DNA of 64,000 bases from Candidatus Woesebacteria bacterium (GTDB lineage Bacteria; Patescibacteriota; Microgenomatia; UBA8517). Every line of letters begins with the position of its first letter. The stretch's first letter is position 1. Positions 40,150-50,462 of the stretch are shown here, piece after piece. The DNA is taken from contig CP058602.1 in assembly GCA_013426185.1 (NCBI GenBank), positions 546,279-610,278 of the forward strand, given 5' to 3'. Made by a program: the position numbers and the translations under genes. The notes under the pieces are model-generated. The model ran no database searches. It saw nothing but the letters and a program-made list of their open reading frames with translations, and was not told where the DNA came from.

Positions 40150-43056
40150 GCAAAAAACTTTAAATTCGCAATTTTTGCAAAGAAAGCTTCCGGAACACTC
40201 AAAATCTGAGTTCTCAATCTCATCTCTAATTTTAAAGATTTCATTTTTCACCTCTTCAAGCTGCTTTGCACTTCTGACTGTACTTATCTTTTTGCCATCC
40301 TCAAAATAATAGAAAGTTAAAACAACTTCTTCAGGTTTTTTGCCAAATGGAACTTCACGAAGGGTGGTTGCAGCAAGTGCGTAAAAAGACATCTGTAAAT
40401 CTTTATCAATTTGCTTTTGAGTTGGCACATTCGCACCAGTTTTGTAATCAACAATCTCAATTCTACCATCATCCAAAATATCAACTCTATCAATTCTTCC
40501 TCCTATTTTAAGAGGTCTTTCTTTATAATTAGTGTTAAGCGGTATAACAAAAGATTCCTCGGTCAAAACAGTTTTTACTTTAGGGTCAAATTGTTTCAAG
40601 ATATACTCTTCCAAGTACCTTTTACCTTTTTCAAAAAATTTATTCTCATGTGACTTTGACATATAACCTTCTTGAATCCAATTTTTCTCAAAAAGATCAA
40701 GCACCATTTCTATAAGCTTTTTCTTATCTTGAAAAGCAAATGAGCTTTTCATTGAAAGCCGGTAAAAATCCCGCAATGCAAGGTGAATAGAAGTACCAAA
40801 ACTTTGAGACGCAGAAGGAGGAGTTGGAACCTTTAAAATATATTTCAACTTATAGTGAAGGGGGCAAGTCCTAAAAGACTCAATCTGAGAATAAGAAAGA
40901 TAATCTATAAAAAGTTTCTCTTTTTGAGGCAAGGCTGAATCAACTAAAGGCGCATAATCAAGCAGACTTAACTGCTTTTCTTCTTCATCTTTTTTAACCC
41001 TGGCAGCCTCACTCCCCAAAGTTTCTATTACAAAAGGCGAAAGTCTCCTTTCTCTTTTTGCATCGCCATAAAAACTGGCAGCTGTTAAGTAAAGCCTTTC
41101 TTTAGCTCGAGTCATCCCCACATAAAAAAGCCGCCTTTCCTCCTCCAGGTGATAATCTCCTCTAGGCAAAATCTCTTTTATCAATTCATCAGGGATGGGG
41201 ATTGTCTCGCTTCTCTCACGAGAGGGGAAACGCTCAACTACCAAATTAACCAAGAAAACAACCGGAAACTCAAGACCTTTGGCTGAGTGAACCGTTAAGA
41301 TGTTAACGGCATTCCCCTCGGACCAATCAATTCCTGTCGCAAGAGGCGACTCCCCTAATTCGCTTGACAGGTCAAGCCAGTTAACAACTGACCTGACACT
41401 TGCATCTTGGTGATTGGTTTCATAATTTTTGATTTTTTCAAAAAACTTGGCAATATTTGCTGCCTTACTTTGGGCATCTGGAGTATCAGGAGAAACAAGT
41501 TTTGTTAAAAGACCTGTGTCCTCAAGAAAATAATAAAGAATTTGTCCTGCCGTATCTTTACTTAAAAGACCAAAGTGTCTTTTGATAATCTCAAGTATTT
41601 TCTTAATTTTTTCTTTTGTTTCAAGTGATATACCTATCTCATCAATTTTTTCACAAGCCTCAAACAAAGAAAGGTTCTTCTTTTTAGTAAAACTTCCAAT
41701 TAAGGCAAGATCTCTTCCTGAAATGTCAAAATGATCAAGAGTTAAAAGTCGGTAAAAAGAAACAGAATCTGACACGTCATCAAGAACTTTAAGATAAGAA
41801 ATTAAATCAATAACTTCAGGCTGCCTGAAAAGCTTCCCTGGTCCTAAAAATTGGTAAGGCAAACCATGTCGGGAAAGAGCGCGGATAAAAGAATCAGCAT
41901 GATTATTGGCACGCACTAAAATTGCGATATCAGAATAAGAATAGCCTTCTTCCTTGACAAGCCTTGATATTTCTTGTGTCACTTTTTCTGCCTCATCCTC
42001 CGCTTTCTTAGTCTTAATGAAAGAAACTTCTTCACCTTTTTTCTTGTTAACAGCTATCAGTCTTTTGTCAATTTTCTCTACAGCTTCAAGCCTGTCAGGG
42101 TTATTATTCTGAATTAAAACATAAGCCTTATCCAAAATTTGTTGAGTAGAACGATAGTTTTTGGTCAAAACTACAACCTTTGCTTTGGGAAAATCTTTTT
42201 TAAACTGAATGATATTACTAACCGCCGCCCCTCTAAAGCGATAAATACTCTGATCATCATCACCTACTACCGTTAAATTTCCATTTTTGCCTGCAATAAG
42301 CTTTACCAATTGGTTTTGGGCAAAATTAGTATCCTGAAACTCATCAACTAAAATATATTTAAAACGCTTTTGATATTTTTTCAGAATATTTTGCCTTTCG
42401 CGAAAAAGCTTCAATGTTTTAACAATCAAATCACCAAAATCCATCAAACTACCAGTAGTCTTAATCTCATCATAGGCATAATAAGCGGAAGAAAGCTCTT
42501 TCCATTTTGAAATTTCTATCTTTTCCTCTTCTTTTAAACCTTTAGTCTTAAGTTTTGTTTCAACCCAATCTTGATACTCCTTAGGAGAGACATCCTCATC
42601 CTGAAGGCGAGAAAAATGTTTTAATAAACTTTCCAAAAATTTGGTGGGGTTACCGAGTGGACGAAAATAATCAAGTTCAAGCTTAAAAAGATTATCTCTT
42701 AAAAGCTGGACAGACTCCGCTTCAGTCAAAAGACGATAGCGGCTATCAAGACCGATATTCAAAGCTTCTTCTTTCAAAACTCGATCACAAAAAGAATGAA
42801 ATGTTGAAATCCACATCTCAAGATAACCATAAGGCAAGGCTTCTTCAACTCTTGATTCCATTTCAGAAGCCGCTTTTTCAGTAAAGGTTAAGGCTAAAAT
42901 TTCAGAAGGCTTGGCAAAACCCTTTTGAATAAGATATTTTATTTTTTCAACGATCACAGTAGTCTTGCCAGTTCCCGCGCCAGCAATAATCAAAAGCGGT
43001 CCTTTATCGTGCTTAATTGCTGCTAACTGCTCAGGGTTCAATCTTTTATTTGCCAT
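40135..43056 (-). CDS. AddA/UvrD-family helicase-nuclease: N-terminal UvrD-like helicase plus C-terminal PD-(D/E)xK nuclease with a Cas4/AddB-type 4-Cys cluster.
   Basis: The helicase motifs are LLIIAGAGTGKTTVIV and VDEFQDTNFAQ. The C-terminus carries YSQIESFRTCPLHYKL...RIDRVDILDDGRIEIVDYKTG...CSGSFLCKNCEFKVFCSP, a DxK nuclease core bracketed by four Cys. Confidence 0.8.
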   Translation of the reverse strand: MANKRLNPEQLAAIKHDKGPLLIIAGAGTGKTTVIVEKIKYLIQKGFAKPSEILALTFTEKAASEMESRVEEALPYGYLEMWISTFHSFCDRVLKEEALNIGLDSRYRLLTEAESVQLLRDNLFKLELDYFRPLGNPTKFLESLLKHFSRLQDEDVSPKEYQDWVETKLKTKGLKEEEKIEISKWKELSSAYYAYDEIKTTGSLMDFGDLIVKTLKLFRERQNILKKYQKRFKYILVDEFQDTNFAQNQLVKLIAGKNGNLTVVGDDDQSIYRFRGAAVSNIIQFKKDFPKAKVVVLTKNYRSTQQILDKAYVLIQNNNPDRLEAVEKIDKRLIAVNKKKGEEVSFIKTKKAEDEAEKVTQEISRLVKEEGYSYSDIAILVRANNHADSFIRALSRHGLPYQFLGPGKLFRQPEVIDLISYLKVLDDVSDSVSFYRLLTLDHFDISGRDLALIGSFTKKKNLSLFEACEKIDEIGISLETKEKIKKILEIIKRHFGLLSKDTAGQILYYFLEDTGLLTKLVSPDTPDAQSKAANIAKFFEKIKNYETNHQDASVRSVVNWLDLSSELGESPLATGIDWSEGNAVNILTVHSAKGLEFPVVFLVNLVVERFPSRERSETIPIPDELIKEILPRGDYHLEEERRLFYVGMTRAKERLYLTAASFYGDAKRERRLSPFVIETLGSEAARVKKDEEEKQLSLLDYAPLVDSALPQKEKLFIDYLSYSQIESFRTCPLHYKLKYILKVPTPPSASQSFGTSIHLALRDFYRLSMKSSFAFQDKKKLIEMVLDLFEKNWIQEGYMSKSHENKFFEKGKRYLEEYILKQFDPKVKTVLTEESFVIPLNTNYKERPLKIGGRIDRVDILDDGRIEIVDYKTGANVPTQKQIDKDLQMSFYALAATTLREVPFGKKPEEVVLTFYYFEDGKKISTVRSAKQLEEVKNEIFKIRDEIENSDFECSGSFLCKNCEFKVFCSPKV

Positions 43057-43059
43057 AAA

Positions 43060-44142
43060 TTAACTTTCTTCAAGAAGTTTTCCCTTTTTGTCTCCACCGA
43101 GGTTTTGAGTCAAGTTAATCTTTTGCCCAAGCTGGGTAAAGGAGGAAAAGACATTGCCCATCATATTAAAAGCGTTGGTTAAGTGCTTCTGAAGAGTATT
43201 CAAATTTTCACCCACTCGATCATAATCTTTTTTAATCGCCCTTAAAGAAGATAAAATCTCCCGCGCTTGGGCTTCAATTTTCTGACCTTCAAAACTCATA
43301 AGAATTGCCTTGATATAGGCATAAAAAGTAGTAGGAGAAACAGGCAAAACTCTTTTTGAAGCCGCGTAGTCAAAAAGATCTTGATTATTAACAACCTCGT
43401 AATAAACAGCTTCAGAAGGTATATACATCAAGGCATAGTCAATAGTTCCCTCATCTGTCAGAATATATTTTTTGGAGATATTGTCTATATGTTTTTTAAC
43501 ATCGCGCACAAAAAGTTTTTCAAATTCACTTCTTTTTGAATCAGAAGAGGACGCCATTTGTCTAAAATTTTCCATTGGAAATTTTGAATCAACAGGAATA
43601 ATTCCAGCTTGGGTCTTAATTGCAGCGTCAACCTTTTCTCCTGATCTAAAAGTATATTGCAAGTTAAAAGAACTCTTGGGTAAAAACTGTCCCAATATTT
43701 CCTTTAAAACCTGCTCTCCAATATTTCCCCTTAATTTTGGCGACTGCAAGAATTCCTGCAAATCCTTCATACTCCTTCCTATCTCACTCATCTCACCTAT
43801 ATTTCTTTGGACCGAGGCAATAACACGAGCTGCATTATCAAGCCTTTCGTTTAAGACTTTGGTTGATTCGCCCAAAGTCTGGCTAAAATGCTTTGTCTGT
43901 TCATCAAGCCTTCGGTTTGTGGTGCGCAAGTATTCAAGAAGTTCATCAGACGGTTTTGATTTATCAGCAACTTCTGAGAGCTTTTTATTAATTAAAAAAG
44001 CTAAAAACAAAAAACCTGCTAAAATCAAAAGAAGTAATATGTTATTTTCCATAAACAGAATTAAAAGGCGACTTAGATATTTTAACACTTTAAAGCCAAA
44101 ACCCCAACCAAAAGCGCTTTTTTTGAATAAACCAAGAAACAA
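43060..44142 (-). CDS. rmuC: DNA recombination protein RmuC.
   Basis: An N-terminal TM helix and a long coiled coil are present. The C-terminal RmuC nuclease-like domain reads IPVDSKFPMENF...YALMYIPSEAVYYE. Confidence 0.7.
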   Translation of the reverse strand: MFLGLFKKSAFGWGFGFKVLKYLSRLLILFMENNILLLLILAGFLFLAFLINKKLSEVADKSKPSDELLEYLRTTNRRLDEQTKHFSQTLGESTKVLNERLDNAARVIASVQRNIGEMSEIGRSMKDLQEFLQSPKLRGNIGEQVLKEILGQFLPKSSFNLQYTFRSGEKVDAAIKTQAGIIPVDSKFPMENFRQMASSSDSKRSEFEKLFVRDVKKHIDNISKKYILTDEGTIDYALMYIPSEAVYYEVVNNQDLFDYAASKRVLPVSPTTFYAYIKAILMSFEGQKIEAQAREILSSLRAIKKDYDRVGENLNTLQKHLTNAFNMMGNVFSSFTQLGQKINLTQNLGGDKKGKLLEES

Positions 44143-44467
44143 GGCAAAAATTCTAGCAAAATCAAGAAAAAATTACCTGCCTACTTTTATTTTAACCCTC
44201 GTTCTTTGGACTTTACTTACCCTACTTTTCTTTCTAACAAGCCCCGAGTCAACCCTTATTGTCATTACCTTTATCATTATCCTTTGGCTAGCTATCTTTT
44301 TTACCCTCTCTGCAATTCTTTTAAATGCAAGAAGAAGTTTTATAATCGCGACCCTTATTGTAGAAATACTTTTTCTAAGGCATTTGGGTATTATCTACCC
44401 GCCAGCTGTGCTAATTCTCATTACTGTAGTCGTCCTTTTTCTAACTTTTGTTTTGATCAGAAATTAA
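44123..44467 (+). CDS. Possible small 3-TM membrane protein (the 3' part of ORF-track 43472-44467; the upstream part is antisense to rmuC).
   Basis: An in-frame TTG at 44123 or ATG at 44039 is available. The protein has a Lys-rich N-terminus followed by three hydrophobic helices (FILTLVLWTLLTLLFFL, IVITFIIILWLAIFFTLSAILL, IIATLIVEILFL...LILITVVVLFLTFVLI). Confidence 0.3.
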   Translation: MNKPRNKAKILAKSRKNYLPTFILTLVLWTLLTLLFFLTSPESTLIVITFIIILWLAIFFTLSAILLNARRSFIIATLIVEILFLRHLGIIYPPAVLILITVVVLFLTFVLIRN

Positions 44468-44503
44468 AAAACCATAAATTTATAAACCAGATCTTGTTAA
44501 TAA

Positions 44504-44881
44504 ATGAAAGAAAATAGAAAAAACACTAAAAACAAGACAATAAAGACGCCTTTCCCTTATGGAAAATTTGAAGAATATAAAAGGAAGGTTGGCATAGTAA
44601 GCGAAAAAGACATCAAATTAAGCAAAATCAAAAAATTGTTTTTGCTTGCTATAGATGAATTCAAGAAAGGCTTGATATCAAGTGACGATCTCTCCGCTAT
44701 CTCAAACAAGCTTTTCGTGTATCTTCTAAAAGATAATTTATTTAAAGAAGACCAAGAACTTTTCGGAGCTATTGAGGCTGCATCTGAAATTGACTTTTAT
44801 ATAAGAAATCCCGAATCCAAAAATTTAAATCGTTTCTTAAAAGAAGTCCTAGAATACTTAAAAAAAGAGTCAAAGAATTAG
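44504..44881 (+). CDS. Hypothetical protein, 125 aa.
   Basis: The ORF has coding-like composition. It converges with ksgA with a 4-nt overlap. No motif was recognised. Confidence 0.4.
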   Translation: MKENRKNTKNKTIKTPFPYGKFEEYKRKVGIVSEKDIKLSKIKKLFLLAIDEFKKGLISSDDLSAISNKLFVYLLKDNLFKEDQELFGAIEAASEIDFYIRNPESKNLNRFLKEVLEYLKKESKN

Positions 44882-45687
44882 GCAGCAAATCTTTCCTCAA
44901 CAATCTTGTAAATTTTAGGGCTTTTAGGATGACTCTCAAGTAAATCTTTGTCAATTTTCTTTTCTTGAATAATCCTTCTTGCTTCGTTTTTCGTCACTTT
45001 CTTTGAATAAACTAGTCTTTTATATTTGATTATCCCCTCCATCAAAGAATTCTTGACTAACTGCCCTTCGTGCTGATACATATACTGGCGCAAAAACAAT
45101 CCCAAATTTTTAGTCTTAACAGGATCGTCAAGTTTCAATAGATCTACAACCACCGAATTATTTCTTGGCACTGGGTAAAACTTCTCTTTTGGCACCTCAA
45201 GCAAAACTTTGGCTTTGAAAAAAGAAGCAAAAACTCCATTCTCCTTAATCTTTTTTAGAAACTTAAGCGGGACAAGAAGAATAACTTTATCATATTCAAG
45301 GAAAGTCAAATTGTGGAAAAACGGCTCGATGAATGAATATGGAAGGTTGGATATTACCTTGTTATATTCTTTTCTCTTCTTGTACTTACCATGAAGCTGC
45401 ACATAATTCCAAGCATCTTCATAATAGACTTTCACATTCCTTGGAAGTTCCTCTAAAAAAGGCCTAAATTTTCTATCAATCTCAAAAACAATTACTTTTC
45501 CGGCTCTTTTGGCAAGCTCTTTTGTAAGAAATCCTGTTCCTGCCCCAATTTCAAGAACAATATCATCTTTACTCAAATCCGCAAATCTTACAATCTCATC
45601 AACTATTTTTTTATCCTTTAAGAAAAACTGGTCTTTTAGAGGATCGGGGATTATGTTATATTTTTTCAATTCTTCTTGAATATCCAT
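44878..45687 (-). CDS. rsmA: 16S rRNA (adenine1518/1519-N6)-dimethyltransferase KsgA/RsmA.
   Basis: The SAM motif is DIVLEIGAGTGFLTKELA. The catalytic motif is ISNLPYSF (NLPY). Confidence 0.85.
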   Translation of the reverse strand: MDIQEELKKYNIIPDPLKDQFFLKDKKIVDEIVRFADLSKDDIVLEIGAGTGFLTKELAKRAGKVIVFEIDRKFRPFLEELPRNVKVYYEDAWNYVQLHGKYKKRKEYNKVISNLPYSFIEPFFHNLTFLEYDKVILLVPLKFLKKIKENGVFASFFKAKVLLEVPKEKFYPVPRNNSVVVDLLKLDDPVKTKNLGLFLRQYMYQHEGQLVKNSLMEGIIKYKRLVYSKKVTKNEARRIIQEKKIDKDLLESHPKSPKIYKIVEERFAA

Positions 45688-45769
45688 ATTTGAATTATAA
45701 ATTAAAAAATAATTGACCCCAAAGAACTTTCTGCTATACTAAAAATAGTAGTTTAATCAATCAAAGACG

Positions 45770-46126
45770 ATGAGAGTCTCAAGACAAAAATTAAATCCTA
45801 TTTTAAGAGAGCAAATAATCAAAACTTTCGCCCAAGTGATAGCTGACTTAAAAGACATAAAGGAAGCAATTTTATTCCTCAACGACTTCTTTATGGAAAA
45901 TGAGCTTGAAGCTTTTGCTAAAAGACTGGCTGTTGGCTACTGGCTTAAAAAAGGAAGAAGTTACAGCAATATCAGAGACAACTTAAAAGTTTCATCAGCC
46001 ACGATTGCCGATGTTGCCTTTATGTATAAAAACAAAGGCTTTGACCTGGGTCTTAAAAAAATAGAGGCTGAAGAGTGGGCAACTATTTGGGCAGATAAAA
46101 TCAAAAAAATTACTGGCTCCTCTTAA
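45770..46126 (+). CDS. TrpR-like DNA-binding protein (YerC/YecD family).
   Basis: The 118-aa protein has the pattern ...ELEAFAKRLAVGYWLKKGRSYSNIRDNLKVSSATIADVA, matching the YerC/YecD HTH arrangement. Confidence 0.5.
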   Translation: MRVSRQKLNPILREQIIKTFAQVIADLKDIKEAILFLNDFFMENELEAFAKRLAVGYWLKKGRSYSNIRDNLKVSSATIADVAFMYKNKGFDLGLKKIEAEEWATIWADKIKKITGSS

Positions 46127-46164
46127 TTCTGGCTTATTAGACTCACTTGCAGTAAAATAGCCTT

Positions 46165-47556
46165 ATGCAAAAGAAATTTTTTGTCACAACCGCTATTGAT
46201 TATGCAAATGATGTTGTTCACATAGGCCATTCTTATCAAAAAATATTGGCCGACTCACTTGCCCGTTATCACCGCCAGAAAAAAGAAAAAACTTTCTTTC
46301 TGACAGGAACAGACGAACATGGCCAAAAAGTTGAAAAAAACGCAAAAGAAAGCGGCAAAGACCCCCAAGCTTTTGTTGATGAAATAGCAGAGCTTGATAA
46401 AAAGGAATGGGAAGCGCTTGATATCTCCCATGACAGATTTATAAGAACTACGGATTCTGACCACGTCAAATTTGCTCAAGAATTTTATCTTAAATCCAAA
46501 AAAAACGGCGATATTTATCTTGGAAAGTATAAGGGCTTTTATTGTGAGGGTTGCGAAAATTTTCTTAACGAATCAGATCTCAAAGACGGCAAATGCCCTT
46601 TTCATCCTCATCTTCAGCCTTTGGAGATAGAGGAAGAAAATTATTTCTTCCGCCTTTCCAGATACCAAGATTTCCTTCTTGACCATATTAAAAAACATCC
46701 AGAGTTTGTCTGGCCTGAAACAAAAAGAAATGAAGTAATTGCTTTTATCAAAAATGGTCTAAAAGACTTTTCTGTCTCAAGGCAAGATGTTAAATGGGGT
46801 ATTCCTGTGCCCGATGATCCAAAGCATACAATTTATGTCTGGTTTGACGCTCTTATCAACTACCTAACTTATGGTGCTAGCGAAAATTGTTGGCCGGCGG
46901 ACGTTCATATCTTAGGGAAAGACAACTTAAGGTTTCATGCCATTTATTGGCCGGCGATGCTTAAAAGCGCAGGATATCCTCTTCCAAAGACAATACTCGC
47001 TCACGACTTTATTTCATTAAATGGCCAAAAAATCTCAAAATCTCTTGGAAATGTTATCAGACCATCAGAACTGGTAAACCAGTTTGGTAGTGATGCTGTG
47101 CGTTATTTCTTCCTAAAATATGGACCGCTAACAAGCGATGTAGATATTAATTTAGACAAAATCAAAGAAGTTTATAATAGTGAACTAGCTAATGGTCTTG
47201 GTAATTTGGTTGCAAGAGTCAGTCGTTTGGCAGAAATAGCTGACATCAAAATAGAGGAAAAAGAAAAATCAGAATTTTACCAAGAAGTAGAAAATCATCT
47301 TGATTCGTTTAGAGTTGACCTTGCTTTGGAATTTATCTGGCAAAAGATCTCGGAGCTTGACGGCGTCGTCAACAAAAACGAGCTTTGGGTGAATACAAAA
47401 GAGAAAACTAATATTCTTAACACTCTAATCAAAGAAATTAGAAAAATTGCTTTTAATGTTAAGCCATTTATTCCGATGTCAGCCAAAAAAATAGAAAAAC
47501 AATTTTCGGGCAAAATAGAAAAAATAAAAGAGCCTCTCTTTAAAAGATTACCCTAA
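46165..47556 (+). CDS. metG: Methionyl-tRNA synthetase, minimal form.
   Basis: The HIGH motif is VVHIGHSY and the KMSKS motif is KISKSLGN. A Zn knuckle CEGCENF...CPFHPH is present. The 463 aa length is short for MetRS. Confidence 0.9.
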   Translation: MQKKFFVTTAIDYANDVVHIGHSYQKILADSLARYHRQKKEKTFFLTGTDEHGQKVEKNAKESGKDPQAFVDEIAELDKKEWEALDISHDRFIRTTDSDHVKFAQEFYLKSKKNGDIYLGKYKGFYCEGCENFLNESDLKDGKCPFHPHLQPLEIEEENYFFRLSRYQDFLLDHIKKHPEFVWPETKRNEVIAFIKNGLKDFSVSRQDVKWGIPVPDDPKHTIYVWFDALINYLTYGASENCWPADVHILGKDNLRFHAIYWPAMLKSAGYPLPKTILAHDFISLNGQKISKSLGNVIRPSELVNQFGSDAVRYFFLKYGPLTSDVDINLDKIKEVYNSELANGLGNLVARVSRLAEIADIKIEEKEKSEFYQEVENHLDSFRVDLALEFIWQKISELDGVVNKNELWVNTKEKTNILNTLIKEIRKIAFNVKPFIPMSAKKIEKQFSGKIEKIKEPLFKRLP

Positions 47557-47562
47557 AAGAAT

Positions 47563-49056
47563 ATGGCTGAAATAAAACTAAGCCAAAAAGAAAAACTAGT
47601 CCAAAGATTTCTTGAAATCATTCCTGGTTTTATCTCTTGGAATCTGATACTTTTCCCTTATTGGGGTATTATTTTAATACCAAACGCTGTTGCCTACTTT
47701 ATCCTCGCTTACAATATCTACTGGTTTTACCAGTCCTTGCAAATTGCTATTGTCTCTCTTATCTCTCATACAAGAATCCAGGCGGCAATGAGATATGACT
47801 GGCTTAAAGATCTAAAATCATTCCCCGACTATCAAAAAGTGAAACATTTTGTCATTATTCCAACATATAAGGAACCTCTTCACATCTTGGAAAGAACCAT
47901 TGGCTCGCTTGAAAAACAAACTCTCCCAAGAAAACAAATTTTGGTGGTTGTTGCAATGGAGGAAAAAGAAGATAGAAAAGAAAGAGAGAAAAAAATCAAA
48001 GCCCTTAAAAAAAGGTTTAAAAATATTTTTGGAGGGCTTTATTTTACCCATCACAAGTTAACCTCTGGCGAAGCGGTGGGCAAATCTTCAAATGAAAGAT
48101 ATGCAGCAATTTGGGCAAAAGAAAATGTCATCAAAAAGAAAAAACTGGATATGAAATATCTAACAGTAACAAGCTGCGACGCAGATCATAAATATCATCC
48201 CAACCACTTTGCTTGTCTTACTTATAAATTTCTTGACAACCCTAAAAGATACAATTACTTCTGGCAACCAGCAATACTTTTCTACAACAACATCTGGGAT
48301 CTGCCTGCTATTACCCGCGTCCCCAATACTCTTGGATCAATCTGGAACCTTTCACAACTACCAAGAAAGGATAGATTAATTAACCAACAAAATTATTCTC
48401 TTTCATTCAAGCTTCTTGATGAGACAGATTACTGGGATCCCGACAAAATCCCTGAAGATTGGGGAATATTCTTTAAAGCTTTCTTCAAGAAAAACGGAAG
48501 GGTGGAAGTAGAACCAATTTATTTGCCCATCTATGTGGATGCAGCACTTGCTAAAGGTTTTTGGGCAACTATCAAAAATCAATATAACCAATATAAACGC
48601 TGGGCTTGGGGAGTATCTGATTTACCTTGGATCATAAAAAATTACTTTTCAAGCACAAAAATTCCTTTCTGGGATAAAACTACCCGTATCATACACGCCC
48701 TCTGGGCGCACCTTCTCTGGCCTGTAAATTGGTTTGCCATCACCATCGGTTTAACTTTGCCAACCATTCTTAATCCTGCTTTTGGCAGAACCACCCTTGG
48801 CTATATGGTACCCAAGATATCCTCTGCAATCCTAACAACCGCACTTTTATTCCTTGGTATCACTTTAATTCTTGATAGCAAATACAAGCCCGAAAAGCCA
48901 AAGAATTACCCTTTAATTAAAACTATTCTCACTCCCTTAGAATTTATACTTATGCCAATTGCTGGTTTTTTCCTCTCAGCTTTGCCTGGAATTGATGCTC
49001 ACACGAGGCTAATGCTTGGAAAATACCTTGAGTATAAAGTTACTGAAAAGGTATAA
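47563..49056 (+). CDS. Processive family-2 glycosyltransferase, membrane-integrated (cellulose/chitin/hyaluronan-synthase-like).
   Basis: TM helices flank a GT-A domain. The start of that domain is FVIIPTYKEP, the DxD motif is TSCDADH, and the Q-x-x-R-W motif is QYKRWAWG. Confidence 0.75.
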   Translation: MAEIKLSQKEKLVQRFLEIIPGFISWNLILFPYWGIILIPNAVAYFILAYNIYWFYQSLQIAIVSLISHTRIQAAMRYDWLKDLKSFPDYQKVKHFVIIPTYKEPLHILERTIGSLEKQTLPRKQILVVVAMEEKEDRKEREKKIKALKKRFKNIFGGLYFTHHKLTSGEAVGKSSNERYAAIWAKENVIKKKKLDMKYLTVTSCDADHKYHPNHFACLTYKFLDNPKRYNYFWQPAILFYNNIWDLPAITRVPNTLGSIWNLSQLPRKDRLINQQNYSLSFKLLDETDYWDPDKIPEDWGIFFKAFFKKNGRVEVEPIYLPIYVDAALAKGFWATIKNQYNQYKRWAWGVSDLPWIIKNYFSSTKIPFWDKTTRIIHALWAHLLWPVNWFAITIGLTLPTILNPAFGRTTLGYMVPKISSAILTTALLFLGITLILDSKYKPEKPKNYPLIKTILTPLEFILMPIAGFFLSALPGIDAHTRLMLGKYLEYKVTEKV

Positions 49057-49094
49057 CTTTTTTCTTCTTCACATTTTCTGCTAAAATTATTCTA

Positions 49095-50462
49095 ATGCTC
49101 AATCAATTTAATACCAGTCTGTGGGGAGATGAAGCTTTCTCGGCTGTTCTTTCCAAAAATCAGCCTCTTGAAATTATAAAAATAATCATTCGCGACACCT
49201 CGCCCCCCTTATACAACCTAACTCTTCACTTTTGGTATCAAATCTTCGGCATCAGCGAAGTCTCAATTAGAGCTTTATCTTTCACTTACTTTGTTATCAC
49301 TATATTTTTTGTCTATCTAATAGCAAAACTACTTTGGGGAAAAAAGACAGGAATTATCTCAGCTATTTTAACTTTCCTAAATCCATTTTTCTTCACCTAT
49401 GCTTTTGAGGGGAGAATGTATTCAATACTTGCTCTTGGAGTCACCTCATCAACTTACTTTTTCTTAAAGTTAATTAAAAGGGAGGAGAAAAAGAAAAAGG
49501 AGTCGTCTTTGGCTCTTGTTGTTGCTTATGCTCTTTCTGTTGATTGGGCTTTGTACTCTCACCACTTTGCCATTTTTGCTGTTTTTCTACAAGCTTTGTG
49601 GATGATATTTGAATTCTTGTTTGGCAATAGGGCCGGCGCTAAAAAAGTTTTCCGAGGCCTTGTTATTGCTGCAATTTTATATTTACCATGGGTTTATCCT
49701 CTTTACCTTCAGACCAAAATGGTAACAGGAGGTTTCTGGCTAGGGAAACCTACCTTAATTGATTTAAGAAATTTAATTTATGAGTACCTGGCTGAAGGAA
49801 TTAAAAATCCAGTTATCAAATTAACCTTTGTCAATAAGACTCTGGGACAAATTGCCCTTTATCTAATTTTTGCTATTCTCATTTTAAGAAAATGGCATAA
49901 AGAGATTAAAAAGAGCTTTTTTATTCTTAGCTTTTTTATTTTCCCTATTATCATCACTTGGGTCATCTCCCAAAAAATGCAATCTATTTTCTTTAACCGC
50001 TACCTTCTCTATACCATTCCTGCTGCTATGATTCTTGTGTCTTCAAACAGAAGAAAAATCTCAACTGCCATAATTATTGCTGTTATTATCCTTTTTGGCA
50101 TCATCGACTATAACTACTTTTTTCACCCCACCAAAAAACCTTTTTCTGAACTTGCAAATTATGTCAAAGAAACTAAAACTAAAGACAACTTTCTTATCAA
50201 TTGGAATTCATCAGCTCATCATCTTTGGGAAAGTAAATTCTATGGCCTTGAAGCACCTATTTACAACCCATCAGAAAGCTTGCCTTACTATGTAGGCACC
50301 GCTCAAATGACAAAAGATGATGTTATCAAAGAAATACCAAATGCTAAAAGAATAGGAGTTATCACAAGCGGAAGCGAGGATGAGATAAAAATTAAAAACT
50401 ACTCAATTGACGAAGTCAAAAAGTTTGGCGAATTGAAAGTTGTTTGGCTCAAGAAAAAATGA
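49095..50462 (+). CDS. GT-C membrane glycosyltransferase (ArnT/PMT_2-like, polyprenyl-phosphate-sugar dependent).
   Basis: The 455-aa polytopic protein has WGDEAFSAVL in its first extracytoplasmic loop, positioned like the ArnT DE motif. Confidence 0.55.
   Translation: MLNQFNTSLWGDEAFSAVLSKNQPLEIIKIIIRDTSPPLYNLTLHFWYQIFGISEVSIRALSFTYFVITIFFVYLIAKLLWGKKTGIISAILTFLNPFFFTYAFEGRMYSILALGVTSSTYFFLKLIKREEKKKKESSLALVVAYALSVDWALYSHHFAIFAVFLQALWMIFEFLFGNRAGAKKVFRGLVIAAILYLPWVYPLYLQTKMVTGGFWLGKPTLIDLRNLIYEYLAEGIKNPVIKLTFVNKTLGQIALYLIFAILILRKWHKEIKKSFFILSFFIFPIIITWVISQKMQSIFFNRYLLYTIPAAMILVSSNRRKISTAIIIAVIILFGIIDYNYFFHPTKKPFSELANYVKETKTKDNFLINWNSSAHHLWESKFYGLEAPIYNPSESLPYYVGTAQMTKDDVIKEIPNAKRIGVITSGSEDEIKIKNYSIDEVKKFGELKVVWLKKK

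Noticed and set aside
43472-44038. The 5' two-thirds of plus-strand ORF 43472-44467 (331 aa).
   Set aside because: This part is antisense to the well-supported rmuC gene and has no domain signal. Only the 3' portion beyond about 44039/44123, outside rmuC, is kept as a low-confidence small membrane protein.
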